Source of the DNA: Eledone cirrhosa
Lineage: Eukaryota
Length of the DNA: 64,000 nucleotides
Direction of reading: 5' to 3'
Assembly: GCA_964016885.1 (NCBI GenBank)
Contig: OZ024740.1
Span: forward strand, 106,702,001-106,766,000
Shown piece after piece: positions 58,142 to 64,000 of this stretch. Position 1 is the stretch's first letter; the number at the start of each line of letters is the position of its first letter. The notes beneath the pieces were generated by a model that saw nothing but the letters and a program-made list of their open reading frames with translations, did not search any database and was not told where the DNA came from. The position numbers and the translations under genes are program-made.

Positions 58142-59179
58142 CTTGGCTTATAAATGGGGTCTGGATTTTAGCCTATTTCTCAGACATAAAATGGTGTATG
58201 TATTGGGGGGTGCTTGTATTTGAGTATATACAATACAAACCTCTTAGTTCAGCAAAATAGTTAATTCAGTATAGTCTGGAATCAATGGTGCCAAAAACAT
58301 TAGTGTTGTACCTATATTTTACTTGTATGCTCCAGGTCAGTTTTGATTGAATAGACCTATTATTAAAAGCCTACAAGCCCACCTTTCATCTTTTCTAAGA
58401 TGTTAGGGTGCAATTTGAGGAAATTTGGCTGCTATTTCTAGCAGATTGCCATGTTGGTTGTCCAATATTTTGATTTCAAAAGGAAATTGTAGAGCACCAG
58501 ACTAAAAGCATTATGGTATTCTAGGTTTAAGTTAATAACACTTTATTCACCTATCTATATTTTTTCCATATGAACATCATTATCATTGACTTTAATAAAT
58601 GTGTAGATAAGACGTTTGTAGCAACTGGCATGTACATCATCATCAGCTTCATCATCGTTTAACATCCACTTTCCCTGCTAGCAAGGGTTGGATGGATTTA
58701 TGTAGACCAAGTTAGTAGTGAATCAGGGCTACTGACCTCCCAGACATGCCAAGGGTTCTGTATTCTGATCACATTTGATCATTATTGAGTGCAGAGGAGA
58801 AGTTGTGTCTTTTAACACAAACTGAAGTGCCCTCCCAACCTCTTGTTTGGCAAGCTTTCTATGGCTGGCTCCTTTTAGGCATTGTTTCTACAGTGGAGTG
58901 TCCTTCCTGTTGTCAACCCCCTTTATGGAGCCCTCTCTGCTCTGGAGAAGAGGAGCATTAAGGGTTGAAGATAGTTGTGTGTGGTGATTTAGCAGGGCAA
59001 TGAGAAAGGAGTAGGAGTGGCTGATTAGAGGACAGGGCGAGGACAATAGGGTTGAGGATTAAGGGATGAATAGGAAAAGTATCCAACCATGGAACACTAC
59101 CTCTAAAATATCCATCCAACCCATGCCAGCATAGGAGGATGATGATGTCAACAGCAAAAATTAAAAGAAAATGTCTAAC

Positions 59180-59281
59180 CTGGCAGTTCCTTTAGAGAAG
59201 TATTACAAATACTCTCAACCTTTTTCAAATTTTTCATACCAGGATCTCCAGCAACCAAAGTTATTGCAGCACCATTGCTCC
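59180..59281 (-). CDS. DDX20: DDX20 internal exon (102 bp), not in the ORF track
   Basis: TTTATTCCAG|GG..CCA G|GTTAGA; encodes (G)SNGAAITLVAGDPGMKNLKKVESICNTSLKELP in phase with both neighbouring exons. Confidence 0.85.
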
Positions 59282-60084
59282 CTGGAATAAATGTATTAAA
59301 CAGCAACGACACGGTTAGTGTTTATAAAATGACTAGGTTTGACTAACCAGTCAGACACTAGTATTCACGAGTCAAAAGAGAGAGAATTTTTTCTTTGGTT
59401 AAAAGACCTACTTTATCCACTTTTCTCTGACTCTTGGACGAGTGAGAGAAAAACTCATCATTTCACACATGAATAATTCTCAGTTGTAGAGGGGGGCAAC
59501 CACACAATGTACAGTGATGAATGATAGCCACCCTGTAACATCTACTTAGAACTAAGTGCCTTAAGCCATACAAACACAATACAGGGTCAGGATACAGTTA
59601 ACAGGCCTTGTGGCTACAGATAGAACACTGATCAAATGATAAAATATGGTCTAAATTGATATGTTCAAGATTTTATATTTTTAGATATCTATATAATGAA
59701 GGTGGTAAATTGGCAGAGTCATTAGGGCGTCGGATTTAAAATTCCTTGGTGTTTGTTCAGGTTCACTATGCTCAGACTTCAAATCCCATCAAGATAAACT
59801 TTGCCTTTTATCCTTACATGGTTGATAAATAAAATACCAGTCCCGTACTGGGAGTCGATTCTTCCTCTTCTCTCTTTATCACTTTCTGTTTCTCTCTGTG
59901 GAAGGCACCAACTGTGTTACGACCTGGAAAGGGATGGGCTCCACCAGATTTAAAATACCCAAGACACACTGCATATTAGAATGGCACGCTTACAACTACA
60001 TCAGAAGTTAGGGTTAAGGAGGAAGATATAATCAAGACGGTGGCAAATTGGCAGAAGTATTACACTATTGAACAAAATGCTTTG

Positions 60085-60403
60085 CAGTTAGAGCATTGGG
60101 CTTGCAATCATAAGGTTGTGAGTTCAATTCCTGGACTGGGTGATACATTGTGTTTGTCCTTGAGCAAGACACTTTATTTCACGTTGCTGTAGTTCACCTA
60201 GCAGTAGAATGAATTGCAAAGTCACTGGTGCCAAGCTGCATCGGCCATTGCCTTTCTCTTGCACAACATCGGTGGCACAGAGAGGGAAGACTGGTGTGCA
60301 TGGGCAACTGCTGGTCTTCCAGAAACAACCTTGCCCGGACGTGTGCCTCTAGGTGCAAATTTCATGGTCATTCATGACCGAAGGGGGACTTTACCCTTTA
60401 CCC
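60085..60403 (+). mobile_element. tRNA-derived CORE-type SINE
   Basis: Same family as 50972-51310. Confidence 0.75.
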
Positions 60404-61599
60404 GTACATTGTGAGTTCAAACTTCACTGAAGTCAACCTTGCTTTCCATCCTTTCGAGTTCAATAAATAAATACTAGTTTAGGATGATAGAATGGCAGAA
60501 TTGGTAGTGTGATACTGGATACCTGACAATATTTGTTCTGGATCTTTGTGTTATGAGTTTAAATACTATCTATACATCCCTTTAGTTGTGTCAAGGACAT
60601 GACAGCCTCTCTAGTGCTGGTGATCTACTCAACACACCCAGTACACACTGTAAAGTGGTTGGTGATAGAAAGCTTGCCAAACAAAAGGTTGGGAGGACCT
60701 TTCAGTTTGTGTCAAAAAGCACAACAACTTCTCTGCACCCAATATGACAGTAAGTAAGTGGGATACAAACACCTCAGCCTGTCTGGGAGGTCAGTTGCCC
60801 CGTTTCAGTACTGACTTTGTAGACCCATCCAACCCTTGCTAACAGGGAAAGAAAGCGGGCGTTAAAACGATGATGATGATGATGATGATGACATCAGTAG
60901 TTAACCATAGACAGCATAAGAGCAACTTGTGGTTTGGCAGCCCAAGGGTTAAATACAAATGCATCAAACACTTACAAACAAAATCTGTTTTATTTGCAAA
61001 CAGATTAACAGTAAGCTAGACATTCTTTGCGAGAAGCACTGTTTAGATCTAAAAACCATGACAAAAGTGGAATATAAGATTTGACCCTCATTTCGTCTAG
61101 GAATTCAGTAACTTCAATTAAGTACTGACTAGGTCTTTAACAACCTATCCAACCCATGCCTGAATGGAAAAACTAATGTTGAATGGTGATCACTCTAATA
61201 AAGACATTTAACTCTATGTATTTAAATACAGTAAACCCGTGATTAGCCTGTTATAGTCGAAGACCTAATAACTAAAGACACTTGTTCATAATAACTTTTC
61301 AAGAGACATAAATCATCATCATCATAATTTTTCACCTGTTTTTCAAGCTGGCTTGAATTGGACTGATTAGCACAGTCAATGATAGAATGGATTAGAGAAT
61401 GACATCCTACTCATATGTTCCATATTTTGACAAGGTTTCTATAGCTGGATACCAACCACTTTACTGAGTAAGCTGGGCACATTTTATTGTGGCACCAGCA
61501 AATAGAAATGTGAAAAAAATTTAAAGACTAAAGAATCTTTATAATAACAGAAAGTTGTATTGCGTACATGCATGGGAGAACACAAACATAACAACATAC

Positions 61600-61705
61600 C
61601 ATATCGCCCAGCACGTCCAATGCGATGGAGATACACTCTTGGGTTTTTGGGCAGATCTAAATTTATAACAAGATTTACATTCTCAGCATCAATTCCCCGT
61701 GAAGT
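61600..61705 (-). CDS. DDX20: DDX20 exon (106 bp) with helicase motifs V-VI
   Basis: TTTACAG|ACT..TAT G|GTATGT; encodes [46 protein letters not shown] is typical of DDX20. Upstream exons are probably beyond 64000. Confidence 0.88.
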
Positions 61706-62060
61706 CTGTAAAGAGATCAGCAATATATATATATATATATATACATATATGTATATATAAATATATACACACATATATATATATACACATATATCTATAT
61801 ATATACACATATACGTATATATATACACATATATATATATATATACACATATATACATATATATACACATATATACATATACACATATATACACATATAT
61901 CATCATCATCATCATCATCATCGTTTAACGTCCATGTTCCACGCTTGCATGGGTTTGGACGGGAGTTTTCCCACTTAAGGCAAGAGTGGTTGTCTTGCTC
62001 GCATAGGACTGTCTGGCGGGTTTTCTACAGCTGGATGCCCTTCCTAACACCAACCACATT

Positions 62061-62147
<87 letters not shown>

Positions 62148-62240
62148 ATAATAATAAATTTGAAGACTAAAATCCAAAGATTCTTTGCTTAAACTTTAAT
62201 CTGTTATTTTAATAAATATATATATATATATATACACATA

Positions 62241-62838
62241 TGTGTTGTTTCCTTGAGCAAGACACTTTATTTCACATTGCTCCAGTTTACTCAGCTGTAG
62301 AAATGAGATGATAGGGACTGGGGTCCATATCATACTACTGCAAAGTGGTCGTGGAGGTGCCACGGCAAAAAGGCACCCAGCACTCACTGTAAAATGAGGT
62401 TGGTGTTAGGAAGGGCATCCAGCTGTAGAAATCAAGCCAGAATCAGTTCCCGTCCCACCCTTGCAAGCAGAGAAAAGAGGACGTAAAATGATGGAGGCAC
62501 ATGGCTTAGTGGTTAGAGCATTGGCCTTACAATCGAAAGGTTGTGAGTTCAATTCTCAGACCGGGTGATGTGTTGTTTCCTTGAGTAAGACACTTTATTT
62601 CACATTGCTCCAGTTTACTGAGCTGTAGAAATGAGATGATAGGGACTGGGGTCCATATCATTCCACTGCAAAGTGGTCGTGGAGGTGCCACGGCAAAAAA
62701 GCACCCAGCACTCACTGTAAATCAGGTTGGTGTCAGGAAGGGCATCCAGCTGTAGAAATCAAGCCACAATCAGTTCCCGTCCCACCCTTGCAAGCAGGGA
62801 AAAAGTGGACGTAAAATGAAATGATGATGATGATGATG
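62241..62838 (+). mobile_element. Tandem pair of tRNA/CORE SINEs whose tails resemble the RTE 3' end
   Basis: 62241-62492 is repeated in 62570-62820. The head GGCTTAGTGGTTAGAGC..GAGTTCAATTC is at about 62503, and the tail is GTTGGTGTTAGGAAGGGCATCCAGC..GGACGTAAAATGATG. Confidence 0.75.
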
Positions 62839-63147
62839 TATATATATATATATACACATCATCATCATCAACGTTTAACGTCCGTGTTCCACGCTTGCAT
62901 GGGTTTGGACGGGGGTAGTCCCACTTGAGGCAAGAGTGATTGTCTTGCTCGCATAGGACTGTCTGGCAGGTTTTCTACAGTTGGATGCCCTTCCTAACAC
63001 CAACCACATTTACAGTGTGGGTCTGGGAGGTTTTTACCGTGTTGCCTACACGGCCACATTACAGCGTGGACTGTGTGTTTTTTTGTCGTGACACCTACAC
63101 GATCTCATTTGTTTCGGCCTGGATGGCGCGGCACCAATATATATATA

Positions 63148-64000
63148 TAAGTTAAAACAATGAAATAAAAAATCAAGTCATTAGAGATATACTTCACTGC
63201 TTTATGATCGTTTCTAGATGATGATAATACATTGTATCTATATTGATCTATGTAAGTTTACAAACTATCAGATAAAGAGAATATTTACTTACATGCATAT
63301 CACCAGCTGTTTTCAAAAGCAATAATTTTATTCAATAATAGTTTTATTCAAAAATAGTAGTATGTTAGTATCATGTCCTTATTTTGAGGTAGTTGAAGAA
63401 CTAATGAATCAAATTGTTTTTTTCATATGGTGTTAAGATGAAAAGTAATACACTTTAGTTGAGGTCATGACCCTTTGAAAGGAATGGTTGAAGGGTGTTA
63501 ATAGTAGAATTGGCATAAAAATCTATTAGGAGGAAAGGGATTGTCAAACTGATAGTTGAATGTATCTGGTATAGTGAATTTAAAAGGAATGTCAAAATAA
63601 ATGGTGATTAGTGTTGTATTGAGTTTTAAGGTGAATATAAATTAAGGTTATGGCTAGGAAAGATAGTATATTAAAAGATGAAAATTATAATAAGATAATG
63701 AAATACAGTAATGCGATAATATACAACTTAACCAACACAATATAGTACGGTGTGGTAAATTGCACTTAGTATAATATAGCATATGATACGCTCTAAAATA
63801 CTATCAAGTATGTTTATGCATAAATAATCAAACTCAGATAAATACATGTTGGCATAGTTAAAACACATAAATTTCATAGATTACAAAGTGCATATATCCA
63901 CACTATATATAGAGAGAGGTACAGTTATATTGATATCCAACCAAAAATATACATACGTACAAATAGACGCAAACCTAAATACACATTTACACGTATGCAC
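63148..64000 (-). mobile_element. AT-rich repeat, probable Penelope-like 3' region (intronic)
   Basis: The first ~255 bp match 21515-21767; composition resembles the Naiad 3' region. Confidence 0.5.

Noticed and set aside
57736-58260. ORFs spanning X residues
   Set aside because: They are artefacts of the 200-N assembly gap.
61484-61921. 145-aa standalone ORF
   Set aside because: Only 61600-61705 is a DDX20 exon with canonical splice sites; the rest is intronic microsatellite.
62497-62570. tRNA genes at SINE heads (also 50972 and 60085)
   Set aside because: A and B boxes are present, but there is no intact cloverleaf and they are followed by CORE-like SINE bodies.

Overview
This is an AT-rich, microsatellite-dense animal genomic window. 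The SINE types, LINE spectrum and (TA)n/(CA)n/(TACA)n load suggest a coleoid cephalopod such as Octopus (inference). The only host gene I can support is the 3' part of DDX20/Gemin3 on the minus strand (three exons, 61705 to 53623). The rest is a mosaic of mobile DNA: RTE LINEs (one family with C-terminal C2H2 fingers, one with a PHD-like insert), R4/Dong-type RLE LINEs, three head-to-tail Tx1/L1-clade elements separated by (GATA)n, a Naiad-type Penelope-like element, mariner and hAT remnants, and many tRNA-derived SINEs. The main finding is a 2.9-kb array (44675-47580) of near-identical 310-bp monomers. Each carries a complete minimal type-I hammerhead ribozyme (9 copies), and the monomers form two divergent blocks whose 3' ends both land in (TA)n. 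This is the signature of a non-LTR retrozyme that could produce circular RNA. At least four other unrelated hammerhead-bearing or fold-back mini-elements also sit in (TA)n tracts, suggesting a community of ribozyme-bearing non-autonomous RNAs mobilised by a Penelope/Naiad-type RT. Most short low-complexity ORFs in the track are microsatellite translations.
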